Shown: positions 11,201-25,775, counted from the first letter of the stretch. The stretch: 64,000 bases of DNA from Ylistrum balloti (GCF_031769215.1 NW_026781979.1:682001-746000); one strand, 5' to 3'. Numbers and translations: made by a program. Notes: generated by a model not told the origin, from the letters alone.

Positions 11201-14200
11201 GTAACCTTGACAACTGGAAAGAGGCATTAGCTCTCATACTCACTTATGCATCACAAGACGAGTTTGTTTCTTTATGTGGTGAGTTTTTGAAATTTTCATA
11301 TAGAAAATTTACACAAGTCTACTCAGAGTTATGTCCCTTCCTTCAATTGTGATATGGTTTGTGAAGTGGTGAATCACTGTGCTTGCTATACATTGTGTTC
11401 CAAATGAATCTTGCATATTTGAAAGGGTTAATTATTCAAGGAAAATAAAAAGAAAAAAAGAAATAAGAAAATGGACCACTCTCATATCAAAATATGTTTT
11501 AGAATAATTTCCTTGTACATTCTGTTGATTGTCTCCATGTATTGTCAACATATTGTATATTCAGAAAACTTCATTTCTTAACAATTACTTTATTGTTTTG
11601 TATCCTGTTGACAGACACACTTGCAACTCGCTTGGAATCGGAGAGAGCTGGCAACTTATCGATGTATGCTAGTCTTTGTTATATTTGCTCTGGAAATGTG
11701 GACAAACTAGTAGAGAACTGGCAACGCAACACACATGCTAACAATACTCCAATGGGCCTCCAGGTGAGTTTCTGTTCCAATATCAAAGGTCAAAAAATTA
11801 TTCAAGTTCTTGGCATTAACATTTTTGATATTCAGAAAATATTTGAAATCAAAACCATTAGTTAATACTCTTTGTACATACTTGAATTTTCTACAGGACT
11901 TGGTAGAGAAAGTAATGGTTCTTAGAAAGGCTGTGGCTTTATCACGTGGTCAAGAGGAAGAAGTGACCAGCGGTCTCCTAGCCAATAAACTGAATGGTTA
12001 TGCCAGTCTACTTGCTGCACAAGGAAGCATGGACACTGCCATGAGATACCTTGGTAACTCAGCTGAGGTTAGTTATAGGCTCTGAGGAAACTCTCCACAG
12101 ATTGGTCATTTAAACCCCCAAGTACATGATTACAAGTGACCTCCAGGCATTCTCTGCAAACCTGGACAATAGAGACTTGTCATCCCTTTGTCTACTAATA
12201 TGACCCTACATTATGTGTTTCTTGCCTCTGTTCCAGGTCAGTCAACATTCAGATAATCAGCAGATACATAATGATATTATCACATTTTTACTGAAAAAAT
12301 CCTGTATTGAAAAATTAACAGCTTGATAACATTTGGTCGTTTATTATCCTGTCTTTCAGTAGTTAATTGCCATGTTGACAAGACTACAGACAGTTTCTTA
12401 TCTGATTTTAGGTAAATTTGGCCATACTGAAGGATCGTTTGTTCCATGCGTTGGGACAGAGTAGCTATGGTGTCCAAGCCCCTCCTTTCCCATTCAAAAA
12501 GATCAATTTGATACCACAAGGAGTTACTCCTGTACAGAACCCCACCCAAAGGACAGCCTCAAATGCACCATCACAGGCATCTGGGATGTACCAGACCCAG
12601 GCTGGTGCAACTTTCAACACCAATACAACAGGCAGCAAAAGCTATACAGCCCCTAATCAGTACCCAACATCTCCTTATGGTACAATGAATGGTCAAGCTT
12701 CCACGAATACCGCTCAGGGTCAAGGGCAGACCTATAGTGGACAATTCTACAACCCTAACTCAATGACATCAACAACTGGATCAAATGCAGCATCTGGGGC
12801 CAGTGCACCATCTAAAGGTATGAGTCGATATCTGGACTGGTTATTGAGTGTCAATTCCTGTATTTGTCAAAAGTTGAGGTCCAAAGTCTGTAAAGTAGGA
12901 ATACAGAATATTTTTTCAGGTATTGAATGCGTTTAAGAAACATATCACAAGTGTTGGTTTATCCATTTCAATATTCAATGTATTGCTGATGTTCATCTGA
13001 TGATACAGGAGTTTAGATTCATGGTATGCATTGTTATAATTCCAGGGCTCTCATGCCCCATTTTGGGACTGGGGCCTGGGGCCCTTAGAATTGGGGAAAA
13101 TAGCGGCGTTTTCCTTAGAATTGGGAAAACCTGGGGTCTAAATTGGGAAAAAAAGATACTATTTTGCAATGGGGCCGAATATCGGCTCCAAATCTGGCAG
13201 ATCGAGAGCCCTGAATTCTTGCACTCTTGTTTATTTTCCAGGACTGCTGTCACACAAATACCCATCATATCCTCAGCCAGTACCTAGCTATGACTCCTCT
13301 CAACAATATGGAGGCTATGGCCAACAGTTATATCAGCCAGGTTACCCTAACCAGTCCATGCCATCAAATGTTCCTTACTATGGGTAAGTATGTTGGATAG
13401 TTCAAATCTGTGTTCAACAGCTGCTGAATCTTTGTATATGTAGGTGTGACTCAACATTCAGATTTGTTCTACAACTTCTTTTAAACTGCTCATCAAACAT
13501 GGTTATAATTCTGTGGGACTGTGTACTGAGAAAATCACAGCTAAGTGATTAACTCTACAAATCTAGTATTCAGAGTTTTTCTTTCTAGACATGACTGAAA
13601 AGAGTTCAAACTGAGCTGTTAGAGCTGAATGTTTCCGCAGGAGATTTTAGTGTATTTACAATGTAGGGAATTGATAAAAGGGGATTTTTTTTTTATATAT
13701 ATTTGAGTTCCAGTATTAAAGTCAACAAAACAGACATTGGGTTAAATGTTTTCAGTTTTGGTTTTTTCTTTCAATGGTATGTCTCTAGGGGTTTGGAAGC
13801 ACCGTTTCAATATTGGTCTTCTTTTTGATAATTAAAGTAACTAATATGTGGATTCTGTAATAGAATTGACATAGTATTTACCTACTCAAGTTTCAACCAG
13901 ACATGAAACATACAACTTATTACATTATTCTTGGTCAAAATGAATTTTTGTGGATATAATAAATTTTCTTGCTTATTTTAAACCTAATCTTCAAAGTCCA
14001 ACCCCAAACAAGCTGTTTGTTGGACTGAAGTGTGAAACCCTATGAGAATTCAAGTTACTAGAAGTATGTTGCATGAAACACATAAAAGCAGGAAAAACGT
14101 TAGAATTCATTTTGATTTCTTAATAATAATGTTATGTGCTTGACATTTTACAGAGACTCGGGGGTGAACCCAGCTGGCTCACAAATGACTTCATCGCAGC

Positions 14201-16711
14201 CTTCCAACATCTACAACCCATCTAGCAACACCATGACAAGTAGGTGTATTATGATGTTCTGACCTGTAACTGCTCCAATCCTTCTTGGTCGTGTAAAGCA
14301 CACATCTTGTAATGTTTGGTTTTAAAACTGTAGCACATGTTAGGAGGCACAAGTAGCAGAATGGTACTTGAATGCAATTTCATTTTGCTAGGTTTGGCTT
14401 CCTTAAGCCTTCTGTTAAGAAACTACACATATTATCCTTTAGTGTAATTCTATTAAAAATACCACCTTCCTGTGGAAGGTATCTAAGTCTAAAATGTGCC
14501 ACCAAGAAAAAAGTAGTCCACCTGATATCTGTATGTGGAAGACTTCGCTTTAATGAAATTATATTCAATTTGGTTATCATTCATAGTGAATATTTTCAGA
14601 AATAATCTCTGAAGGTACACTCTATTTCTCATATAAACTTATTGCCATATGTCATTATGGGTTCATTGAACACAATGATGAGTTTATGGTTGTTGTATAA
14701 ACAGGTACTCCTCAACATGCTGGAGCCAGTAGTACTCTACCCAGTCAGTCCTCCTTCATGGACCACAAACCTGCAACTGCCTGGAATGACCCACCATTGG
14801 TGAAGGACAGGAAACCAAAGGTACACTTTCCCCAGATGTGCTTTCATTGAGATAACTTTTGGATTTTTTACCATTTATGATATGTTTTATGTCTACTTGT
14901 TTATAGCATCTAACATTAACTCATTGCTTTTCAGCAAGCAGAAAGCCACAGTCAGGCACCACTTACCTCCCCATTATATGGTGTCACACCCGAGTCCAAC
15001 AACCAGCAGGCCATGCCCACAGACCAAGGACCCCCAGGGGCACCCATGAATTACTCCAACTTATACAACCCACAGGAGCATCAAAGAGAGGTTCAGGTAA
15101 GGCCAGAACATACACAAAGAATGTTGAGCATGATGAGGTTGTAAAACAAAAATGTTCAGTTTTGATGAAATGACAACTTTTATAAACATGAAACCAAATC
15201 ATAATTAAAGTGATGTAAGATGTCAGTGTACCAGAATCTACCTGATTAAAGTATGGGATCCTGACAACAAATTATGTTATTACTATTTTCTGTTTATTTT
15301 AACAATATTCATAGTGATTATTTTTGTTATCACTGATATTACTGTGGATTAAAATTGTCAATGCTTTGTTTAGGCTCCTCCTTCAAGTGCTAGTGTTCCA
15401 GAGCCAGTGCAGCCAGTTGCTAAACAACCAATTCCCTCAGAACACCAGGTGTTGCAGGACATATTTGGTTCTCTAGTCAAAAACTGTTCTTCTGTTGCTT
15501 CTAATGCTGTAAGTGTAAAACTAGAAGAAAGAACAAACTTATAAATGCTTCATCTCCTTGCAATATATATGTTCTTAATTTCAGCAACATTTCAGAACAA
15601 AAAATATTTTAAAATTTTACATTTATAGCATTTGCAAAAGTGCAATACCCGTTATGTTTCAAAAGGTATCAAATTGCAATATTTCTTTAATGATATAGCA
15701 CCTCAAATTCTGAACTGTATAGACCTTACATTGGAGGTGTTAGTGTCAGTTCTAGTGTATGTCCATTTGTTCATAGCCCCCTCTCTATCTAATCATCTAC
15801 TTTTGTGTGCGGAGAGCAGAGCATAAAAAAGCATAAATTTCACTTGTGACTTACTGTTTATAAGTCGATAAGCAATATTCAACAAGTCCCAAAAGTCAAA
15901 GTCTACACAAAAAAAATGATATAGTTGAGCACACCATGGAACATATAAGTGTTGTTTTTGGATGTTGCTATTTCTGTTGTATATTTTTGTTTTGTCCTTT
16001 ATTTTATAGCCAATGAAGAGGAAGCTAGAAGATGTTAACAAAAAACTAGAAATACTTTATGACAGATTACGTAATGAGATGGTAAGCTTGCCATAATTTC
16101 TTGTTAATGACTATCTGCCTGGTCCAATTGTAGCCCATTAGTTATTTCAATGAATAGAACAGTGGTGGAAATAATTTAAATATCATAATTCAGATGACTT
16201 GAATAAACTAAGAACTCATAAATCCCCATGAAAATTAATAAGTTTACAGGAGCTTTTGTTTTACTTAAAGGAAAAATAAGAAGAGAACTAATTCATGGAA
16301 TTCTTTAATGGCGGAAATGCATATTTGTGATGTGATACTGTTTTGATTTTAGTGACTTCTTTTGGTGGTAGGTTTTTGGCAAACTTGTATTGATCTCATG
16401 AAGCAGATATTATACTGGAATACCCAAAATAGATTTAAATTGTCTCTATGAAAACATGATGTAACGCTATATTTGTGTGACAGATCAAAGAAATAACAGA
16501 GGTATTTTTGTTGCAGTTATCACAGAATGTATTACTTGGACTGCACCAGATCGTCCAGGCAATACAACAGTATGACTACAATGCTGGCATTCAAGTATAT
16601 ACCCAGATGGTCAGTCAGGGAAACTTCTCTGAAATCAGTAGCTTTATGCCGGGACTCAAAATGTTGCTTCAGTCAGCCATGCAGATGCAGGTGTACGTGC
16701 ACACTCAATGA
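2216..16711 (+). CDS. SEC31A: Protein transport protein Sec31 (COPII outer coat), 5'-partial, 23 coding exons in window
   Basis: Exons with AG/GT boundaries and continuous phase: 2216-2353, 2617-2759, 3245-3356, 3637-3789, 3919-4050, 4431-4661, 4859-4933, 5062-5154, 5784-5840, 7230-7304, 8157-8259, 10808-10986, 11152-11278, 11615-11763, 11897-12067, 12412-12817, 13242-13383, 14154-14239, 14705-14820, 14935-15096, 15374-15508, 16010-16081, 16517-16711 (sum 3252 nt = 1083 aa + stop). Diagnostic Sec31 peptides: WD40 [72 protein letters not shown]; ACE1 [29 protein letters not shown]; WNDPP in the Pro-rich region; C-terminal [18 protein letters not shown]. No upstream WD40 exon was found in 1-2215. 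Confidence 0.96.
5350..5651 (+). mobile_element. tRNA-derived SINE (degenerate) in SEC31 intron
   Basis: A-box-like TGGCTCAGTCAGTTAGAGCG at 5357-5376, decayed B-box-like gtgagttgtaac downstream, about 300 bp body, A/C-rich tail aaaacccaacaaacatacaaa at about 5631-5651. Confidence 0.55.
8241..9098 (+). repeat. 39-bp minisatellite, 22 copies, spanning a SEC31 exon/intron junction
   Basis: Unit AATATACCTACAGATGCAGGTAAATTTAAGTGTGATTAT; 858 bp = 22 x 39. Variants: TAT>TAC in units 3, 14, 15, 16; GAT>AAT in unit 7; the last unit is AACAAACCTACAGATGCAGGTAAGTTTAAGTGTGATTAA. Confidence 0.97.
13043..13213. mobile_element. MITE (171 bp) with 10-bp TIR and 5-bp flanking direct repeat
   Basis: Starts CAGGGCTCTC (13043-13052) and ends GAGAGCCCTG (13204-13213); AATTC on both sides (13038-13042, 13214-13218); three internal aattggg(g)aaaa subrepeats. 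Confidence 0.85.
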
Positions 16712-19539
16712 TAAAGATTGTGCATAGACATTGAAAAAATTGACACTTATGAATATAGAATGATATTGGCAATTATAATAAGCCGGACTCAAGGATATGT
16801 GTGATGTTTAGAAATGATTTTTGTTCATGAGGAAAAATAGACAGTTATTGAATTTTATAACATTCTATAGAATATATTGGTATTTGCTAAAAGAATGTGC
16901 TTCTTATCCATTTCAGAGAGAACAGTTTCCTTAAAGTTACCAAAATAGCTGAGTAATAGTATTAATGGCAACAATACTTAATCATTTAACTTTACTTTCT
17001 CTCATATGAAACATGTTTTCATCAAAATATTGTTTTGTGAAATTTTTGAAATTAAGTTTTATAAAATCAACATTTGCTACAAGGTATCAAAATAATTTTC
17101 AGTAATATATAAAGTATATCAGTTATTAAAAAGATAGGGAAAAAATTAATAAATGATTTTAGCACAAGTGTTATCAAACAGATTGAAAACTGGCACACTC
17201 CATCTGACAGTCTGACTATACACATACCTACAACTGTCTTCATTTTAAATGCAAGTACCTCTGAGTGTGGTGTGTTGTATTCTGAAATTAAGACCCACAT
17301 TGCACACATCAGATATTTATGCCCCTCAGCACTTCTGGCAATGTCCAGGACATTTTTTTTCTGATTTGTTACCTACAATAGGTACATAACGTATTCAATA
17401 TATACTACACAAGCTCATTGTATTGTTCAGACATCTGATCCTGTGCCCCGATGTGAATACCACAAACTAATGATTCACAATTAAAGCAGGTCTGAGTTTG
17501 CTAATGGCATACAGAGTGAAATAGCTGTTTGTTACATTGTGTGGTACTGTTCTGTGGCAGGATCTATAATTGTGTATTGGTGGTTAAAAATTAGATCCTT
17601 AATGTTGTGACTGAATAATAAAGTAAACAGTAAATGATTTAGGTTGTAATTCTGATTTCAAATGAAAATTGTTATCAATCAACTCATAAGTATCAGATAA
17701 GGATATGCACTCTGCTGCTATATCAGGAGAGTCCTTCAAAACCACTAATATATTAATCATTTTGCTTATTTTTTGACACTATTTTTTATTCCAATATTAC
17801 TTCATGAAACTTTGGCTATTTCAAATCACACATACTTCACATATATAACATTTTGGAATGGGTCATCCACTTTTATTGCTGGTAATTATTCTACAGTATT
17901 ATACTTGTTTTCCGCTGTAAATCCTAATTTATTAAGATCATATTTGTTTACATTTTGTTTCTATGATGTTAATGACATATAGGATATTAAATGAGAATCT
18001 TTTTATCAATGATTTGTATCAAGCATGCTGGGGAATTTTCATTTTAACCAAAAGAAAAGAAATTTCTTGCTGAAATTTTTGAAGGTTTTTCATACAACTT
18101 CATCATTTCATATTTACTACAAAGTGCTTTAACTATGAATTTATAATGATCTTTCTTAGACTAGAATTACATTATATGTAAAAATAAATAAGGTTGATAC
18201 ACAATGTTCTATGTGTGATGGCCAGGAGATGTGATACACATATGTGTTCACTGTATACACATTACAGTCTATGAAACATTTTCTAGCTTTACATACATGA
18301 TGAATGCAGTGTATTTAGTATTGGAATAAAAAAGGCATACTAAACTATATTTTGTACCAGTAAAATACTACCAAGCAAGACAATGTGACAGAATAGGTTT
18401 TAAATAATACTTATGGAGGCAATTTTACATACAGGTTAAAGGATAAGTATATTTTTAAAGCATTAACTGGTGAATATAAGACTATATTTGTTGAAGTGAT
18501 TATTCATTTTTTCTTCTGAGAAAATGGAGCTTTTGGTTCCAAATGAAATTAATGACATAATAAAATTTTTAAGATAAATTTTGTTAAGTATTGGGAAATT
18601 CTTTGACATATTTCATTAAAAAATAGGTATATATGAAATAGGTCTAAGGAATTATGATAATTTTCCAGTTGTATGTTACATGTTCTTTAAAGAATAGTGC
18701 AACTGAATATGATCTCCAAACCCCATGCTAGCTATCTGAAAATATAGATTTTCAACAATTGCAAGTAAGTAATGATCTTTAATGACAATACATGATATTA
18801 TTTAAATATACTGCATGCATAATACTTGATTGAAATGAAGAAGTGAAATTGAAGCAAAGATTGATTCTGTTGATGATTGATTAAAAAACAGTATAATTGT
18901 CAGTATTTTGTATACAGTTGTACATAGTAAGTTATATCATTATGACTGCCAGTATGTAATCGCTCTGCTTCATTAGATAGGATAGTTAGTAAGAAATAGT
19001 TGTTGCATTAAGAATGTTCCTTGTGAGAATATGTGTTTGTTAATATTGTCCATTGGGGCCATTGCTTTTATGAGGTTGAAGTTTTTTGTTCAGCGGTAAT
19101 TCATGGGTTAAGTCATTAACTATATTCTTTTAAATGGCAAAATGTTATAGTTGTGATTATTTTCTTATTGATTGAATTATTGGAAATTTTTATTAATATT
19201 TTCTTCTTTCAAAATTTATTTAATTGGAGTGGTTTTTTCTATACACTTGCACCAGATTTGGATCTTGATCATCCCGGCCATTATGATCCAACCACATAAA
19301 AGCTAGCTTCCCCAGATGAATATGCTGTGTGAGAAAGTACCTTATTGTGTTACATTTATGTAGTACCTAGCGGTACAGAAATTACATGTGATATGTATGC
19401 CTGTCAAACTGAATGAGGAAATATAATTATGATATCATCAGACTTTCATTGTTTTGACTCATAATTTCAGTGTTCATAGACAGGAGTTTTCCACTGAAAA
19501 TAGACTGAGTGCTTATCTTAAGTAGATCAATGCTGGTCC

Positions 19540-19860
19540 AATTTTTGTATCGCCTGCCTGCCTAAGACAGCATATAAGTATTACAGTGTCGGCAGTGCCA
19601 TCGTCCACACAATTATTTCAAGGTAATTTGAGTCCACTTTGGTCGATCAAGCTCAAAATTCATACCCTGCATCCTTACCAAAAGTGCTTGCTTGGGATTG
19701 CTTTTCAGATCCGAACGTCAAAGGGCAAGGTCATTGGAAATATAAATAGAAAATTTGTTTGATCAACCTCAAATTTCATACAGTGCTTTTTATCAAAAGT
19801 GCTTGCTTGGTATTACTTTTCAGGTTCAAAGTTCAAGGCCAATGTTACTTTAAATAGGAA
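19540..19860. repeat. Interspersed repeat remnant with an imperfect internal tandem duplication (about 105-110 bp)
   Basis: Two diverged copies share gatcaa.ctcaaa.ttcatac...caaaagtgcttgcttgg...ttttcag at about 19650-19755 and 19755-19860. Confidence 0.45.
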
Positions 19861-21265
19861 AGGTATTGATGACACTTAAAAAGACTCAACAAACTTCAGG
19901 ACAGTCTGTAAATTAGGACCCAGTTTAACCAGTAGTCAACATATGAGTCTGTGCAGAGTAAAAAAAAAACTGAATATAGTGACCGAATTCACCTGTAAAT
20001 TTGTATCCCTGGTTTATGAATACTCTCCTGAATAATAGTAAACTTGCCAACAGTATGGTGCAAAGTTTGCATTTGGTTTTAATGTATTTGTACTACAATA
20101 CTTCTTATCTGAATATATTGCATGTTATGCATTTGATTTTGTTTTTAGCTTTGCTGACTGAAGGGATACCATGACATCTGTCATCTATCAACATTTACTA
20201 TATATTGCAACTATTCATGAATGATGTTAATCAAATTTGGTTTGAAGCATCCTTATGTAAAGTTTAACCAATGTTGGGTCCCACCCCAGGACCGATTATT
20301 TCTTTGAAGCATCATGTTTCCATCCCATAACTTAATAGCATTACTAAACATCGTGGGATTAACAACTGACCTCTGTCCCTAACCCTAGGGAATTTGAAGC
20401 TGTATCTGTGGGTTGTGAGGCTCATCAGGGGAAGTTTTTGCATTATTTACTTAGATTTCCAGATGAGGGGTACAGGCCCTCTGGGCCTTTTGTTTATAAA
20501 AACCCTCTTGAGGAAATAGAAATCAAATCCTCAAAATACTTTTTTAACATCATATATAGTGTTTGGTCAATATTTGGAGATATCTATGGGAATATTGATT
20601 TTACCCTTTAAAGTAAACTTATGCTATTTCCTAACTCTTTACTGTATGTCACAGAAACTGCAAGATAACACATGCACTGCAAATGACATTTACTTCCTTG
20701 CTTTTACATCTATTTTAACATGTATAGCAAATGCTCATCTTCACATTACAAATATTGATACATATACACTGTACATGGAAATTATTGCAAATTAACATTT
20801 TCATATCTTTAACTCTTTAAAATATCATAATTAAAATAAAAACGTTATGTTGTATTTATAAGGAAAATCTATCCTCAGGATTCAGTTCCCTTCGACACTA
20901 TGCTTTGATCTGCAAGTTTACTCGTCGCATCTTAAACAACTCGATAAGTTATATAAATGAAATAAATACAATAAATATCTATGGCTATTGGTCCATTAAA
21001 CTAATCTCAAGAAAGCTTGCTGGGCAGGAATTATTGATACTTTCAATAAGTTTTACAATAAAATTGTCCAGTTCCACTTGAATAAATTACATGCACGCTA
21101 TCAAAAGTTTGTACAACCAGTTTTAAAAGAGATATGATATTACGAGCTAAATTTTGTTTCATTAATAGAAACACTGATTAACGAACTTCTTTATCTGAAA
21201 ATTTTATTTTTTATATTGATTGGATGAGAACAATTCAACAAGTATAAAGTCTTATACACAGCACT

Positions 21266-24185
21266 TCAGAGAACTGGCAATTCTTCTGTCCAGAACGAAA
21301 TTCTCTCTGCAAAGACATGTTCTTTTGTTGAAATCACGTCGTCCAAGTTGAGGTATGTCCTTCTGGTGCTGTCATAATATGGCCAGACCATGGAACCATT
21401 TGAGAATGGGTTTCTGGAAAAAAGTAAAGAGTTTGTTTTTAATGGGACTTTTGCGCCCCATTGAATACAACATGACGAGCAAGTATGTCACAGTTTGAGG
21501 GCCTAACAACAGTCTTGTCACTTTGGCCAACGCTTAAGACCAAAAGGTAATTGTCAAGAGAAATACAAGGCAGAGAAATCTTTCAACCTGAGAGAAAAAA
21601 ATAAAGATCACAACTTCAGTAGCCTCTCGTCGACTGCTGATCACTCTATTTAAGTCGGCTTATATAACAAGTTAAAATATTCATACGTAAGTTATTTGTA
21701 GATCGATATTGAATGAAGGTAGTGATTCAAATCGGTAGTCATTTCGGTTTCGAAGCACAAAGGTATTGCAAGAAAAGTTTGGCACATCTTAATGATACTT
21801 ACGATGTCTCGATCGATGGAACGTGTAAGGACCTTCGAATATATTGCTTAATAAATCAGGTACCAGTATCTTGTTAAAAAAGTCTAGATTCACTTGACGT
21901 GGAAAAGCGTGATGTATCTAGAAGCCTGTATGTTTCTGATCTAGTAGATTAAGATGAAGCAGATAACCGATTCCAAAATATCTTGGAGAATTCTGTTCAT
22001 TTCGTAAACCAATCATGGGAGAGACCGGAGCGCGAGGCCTTGAATGAAGCTTTCAATACTGTCTCAAGTTCGTTTTTTTATAGATATTAACTCTTGCCTT
22101 GCATTATATCATGATTAAGGGTACATGCATGTTTTCATTCATCCATAATAAGCATGGTGTTTGGACTTACGTATGCGGTCTTGTAAATACAAAACAACGA
22201 GTATATCGATTGTCAACCAAGTACCAAATCATCATTGTAGCAAAACGACGAAAAAGAATGTATTCAACGCATGATCCGTATGTCAATTTTGGTTTATTTT
22301 TTACGTACAGGTTTATTCGGTTTGATTTCATGCAAAGAGGAAAGAGGGACAAGATGGACGTTTAATGAAACAAAAAGTCTCGTCGCTACTGCGTAACTCT
22401 GAATTTTTTTTTTTTTGTCTAAACGCGCGCTTGACACATGTGGGTACCTCGCATACGTAGGGAAGCCATCCTTGGACAACCATAGCTGTTGATGGCATGT
22501 TCAAACACAATATAAAAGCTGAAACCGAACATCTCATTCCTTTAATCCATACGTGGAAATATTGCAATACTTTCGAATATAAACTAATACTGTCAAGAAA
22601 AAACAATGAGGACTTAAAATCAAATTAAATTGATTGTTTTGTGCTAAAGAATATCTTACCCAGTTTTAGCGAAATTGGCCCAGTATTGTTGCACATGTGT
22701 AGACAAATTCAGATCTGCATCAGAGACGTTAATTCGTTGCGCCAATTGCTGAATTCCGAAGAGGTATATGTTATCAGATGCATGGGGAGTTCCCTCGAAC
22801 CACTGTGGATATGGTCCATTCCCTTTCATGGCAGGATTTCGTCGGTTGAATATGTACTGGAAAGTGCTGGTTATGTTATTCCCGTCAGAGTGAATATCAA
22901 GAGCTTCTACAGACGGGACCACGAAAAAAGCGTCCCCAAATAAATCGGCCATTTTATTTCCTTCTGCTTCGGGATCATTATCTCTGTATTCGTCACAGAT
23001 TTTCTTTTCAGTTGTTCTGTTTTTAACTATATTTTTAAAAAGTGCACTTACAGCAGCGGGGGCCAAAACGTCACACACAACATTGTTTGGTACTCCTTTT
23101 TCTGGATCGAAATGAAAAACTTGTGAGAAATTTTGGAGATATTTTTGGATGAGAATTGAACCCTCTCGGTTGACATTCCCTGCAATATAATCAAGAGATC
23201 GGAAGAACTTATAAGATTCTGAAGATCTATTCTTCATTAGGACAGATGGGACATCCGGCAACAATTCTCCGTCAACTACAGGGGAGATAACTGGACCAAA
23301 AGAAAATGGAATTACGGACGCCGGGGTTGAGGCATTGATCTGGGCGTTCAAAATCTGTTCCGCTGTTTTGGTTTTGAGACATTTCAAAAAGGTTGACGAA
23401 TTGACGGAAGTGAAGCGACATCCAACAGTTTCTCCAAAGGCAGCAGTGAAAAATAGAGGTTGATGAGCAATACTTACAAACGAAGGCGCGGCCCCACTTT
23501 GAGCTATAGCCCTGTGGAAGAGTCCTTTGTTTTGGGGAATTATGGATTGTAAACCAACACTAAATCCACCTGCGGATTCACCAAATATCGTTACAGAATT
23601 GGGATTGCCCCCAAACGCTTGTATATTATTCTGTAACCACTTCAGTGCTAATTGCTGGTCCAAAAGGCCATTGTTACCAGGTAGGACTTTATCGTAGGTG
23701 CTGAGGAAGCCCAAAACACCCAAGCGATAATTAATGGTGACAACCACCACTTCGCCACGCACAGCGAGATACGACCCATCAAACATGGCGGCGTCTCCTT
23801 TGATGTACCCACCACCGTGTATCCAAACCATGACTGTCCTGCTACCATGTATGTTGGTTGGGACATATACATTCAGGGTCAAACAATTTTCAGAGATGCT
23901 CTGACGTTTACTCCCTGTAACGCCCTGAATACACGCTGGACCGTAAGCTGTTGCGTCACGGATGCCCACCCAAGGGCCATAATCCACTGGTTTGGCGAAC
24001 CGGAGGTCGTCAATTGGTGGTTTTGCGTATGGAATGTTCCTGAACTGATAAACTGTGGTGTTATTGACCTGAGTGACGAGACTCCGCAGTTGTCCAGAGG
24101 GAGTTGTGATGATTTTTGTGTTTTGTCCAGTTATTTTAGCTACCAGGACATATGCAACGAATAACTGTGCTAAAACTTGCAACAT
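21266..24185 (-). CDS. Type-B carboxylesterase paralogue A (2 coding exons: 24185-22660, 21413-21266; 557 aa)
   Basis: Signal-peptide-like N-terminus, IPYAKPP, SENCL, WIHGGG, NYRLG, GESAG nucleophile, GNVNREG acid, GTPHASD His; phase-2 intron GG|gtaaga after FAKTG; terminal exon NPFSNGSMVWPYYD...FWTEELPVL*; AATAAA at 21208-21203. Confidence 0.92.
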
Positions 24186-25775
24186 ACTGAGAAATTCTAG
24201 AAAAAAAAAGAGAAAAATGTTTATGATATTATCAACTTTAATTATTTTCCATCAATTATGAATCAAGTCATATTTACTGTATAAATCACTCTTATTGTTC
24301 AGGATGGGACCTCGCGAGGGTTCTTACTGTAGTAAGAAACCGGAGAAGAACAAGGTGGTCGGACAGCTGAACCCTATATCTTTTTACGTCAGATAGAACC
24401 AAGTGTGTCTAGATGAAAGTGCACCATTGCTGCAGCTCCCGACCACCCAATGTTATAATATGGTGTTTTAGAATTCATCTCTCTCATTCAGCAATTTGAA
24501 TGTTATAATGTGATATATAATTTCCTGTATGAACGATTCATAACAAACCAGGTTTGACTGCCATTTATAGAAATTTCATGACAAAAGTGTCTCAAAACGC
24601 CCCTGTCCTGTCAAGATAGGGGTTTCAACAAAAGAGGGTATTTTTAAATTGGCAAGCACGAGACTAGAAATGTTCACAAAGAGCGGACCCATACAATGAA
24701 ATAACATAATTTTTCATCTATGTATGATGCCACTGAAGTGTTTGTCTAAAACCGATGTTTAGAATGTCTTAAGTTTTAAGGTGGTTGACGTCGAAATCAC
24801 AAATAGGTAAGTAATTTACTTTTCTCTCAAACTTTTCGATTATCAAATATTGGAGGTTGTAGAGAGATTTGACACTTTAAATGTGTGTGAAAATTGATGA
24901 CGCAAGTGATATTTGTAAACCCGATTAACTGCACTGTAGTACATGGTACCTGGAATATGTATGACGTGGCGACGTTATCTTGGTGTGGCAAAGTAGGACT
25001 ATGACAAGATGTTACATACAGCGATAACATGATCCTAAAGTGAACGTTGACGTATACAGAATAAACGCACGTGCAAGCTGCAAAATACGTGTAACAGAAT
25101 GTATTTGTAAAGTTTGAGAGAAGCGCATATCACAATTATCAGGTGAAATATGCATATGTATATCCTTAACATGTCCTGAATGAAAGCGAACAAAATTTCT
25201 ATTAGATGAAAATTATGTCATTCTTATACTTACCTTGTGTATAACCGACTGTCCACTGATATATCGTACGTTCTATGATGTCCTGCACTCAGTGTGACTT
25301 GGTGTCTGATTGTAGACCTTAACGATAACATACATTTGTCGCTGAACATGTACCATGTACCCACATGAGATTTTAAATCTAGATTGAGGGATTCATTTAT
25401 ATTGTTGTTTCGGACAAATGTCTTTGTGTATCATCTTTTTTTTTATTAAAACTACCACCTGACTATTATCATATGTATTATCAATCACATGTCATCAGCT
25501 AAATAACTATTATTTATACTCAAATGCAGCTCTGTATTACGACCACCTGTCATTATCTACAACCTTTATTAGTGATATCTTCTCATATAACTTGAGTAAA
25601 TTTTATTGATAATCGTTTTGCTACTGGCGTATCTATTAATGTCATATATTCGGAGATAGATATGTAAGTCAAAGTGCTTTTGAAGCGGTTTCGTAAATGA
25701 ACATGACAATAACTCTAAAAAAATCCCCAGTGAAATATAGCTTTGAGAAGATTGGCAGTGTTTGGCGTTTAACAA

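Noticed and set aside
20380-20430. CTGATGAG on the minus strand and ccctaaccctaggg
   Set aside because: No stem II/GAAA partner, so not a hammerhead; only two telomere-like units.
24776-25560. TTAA-GGTGG start of a possible TTAA-specific DNA element
   Set aside because: No matching CCACC-TTAA right end found.
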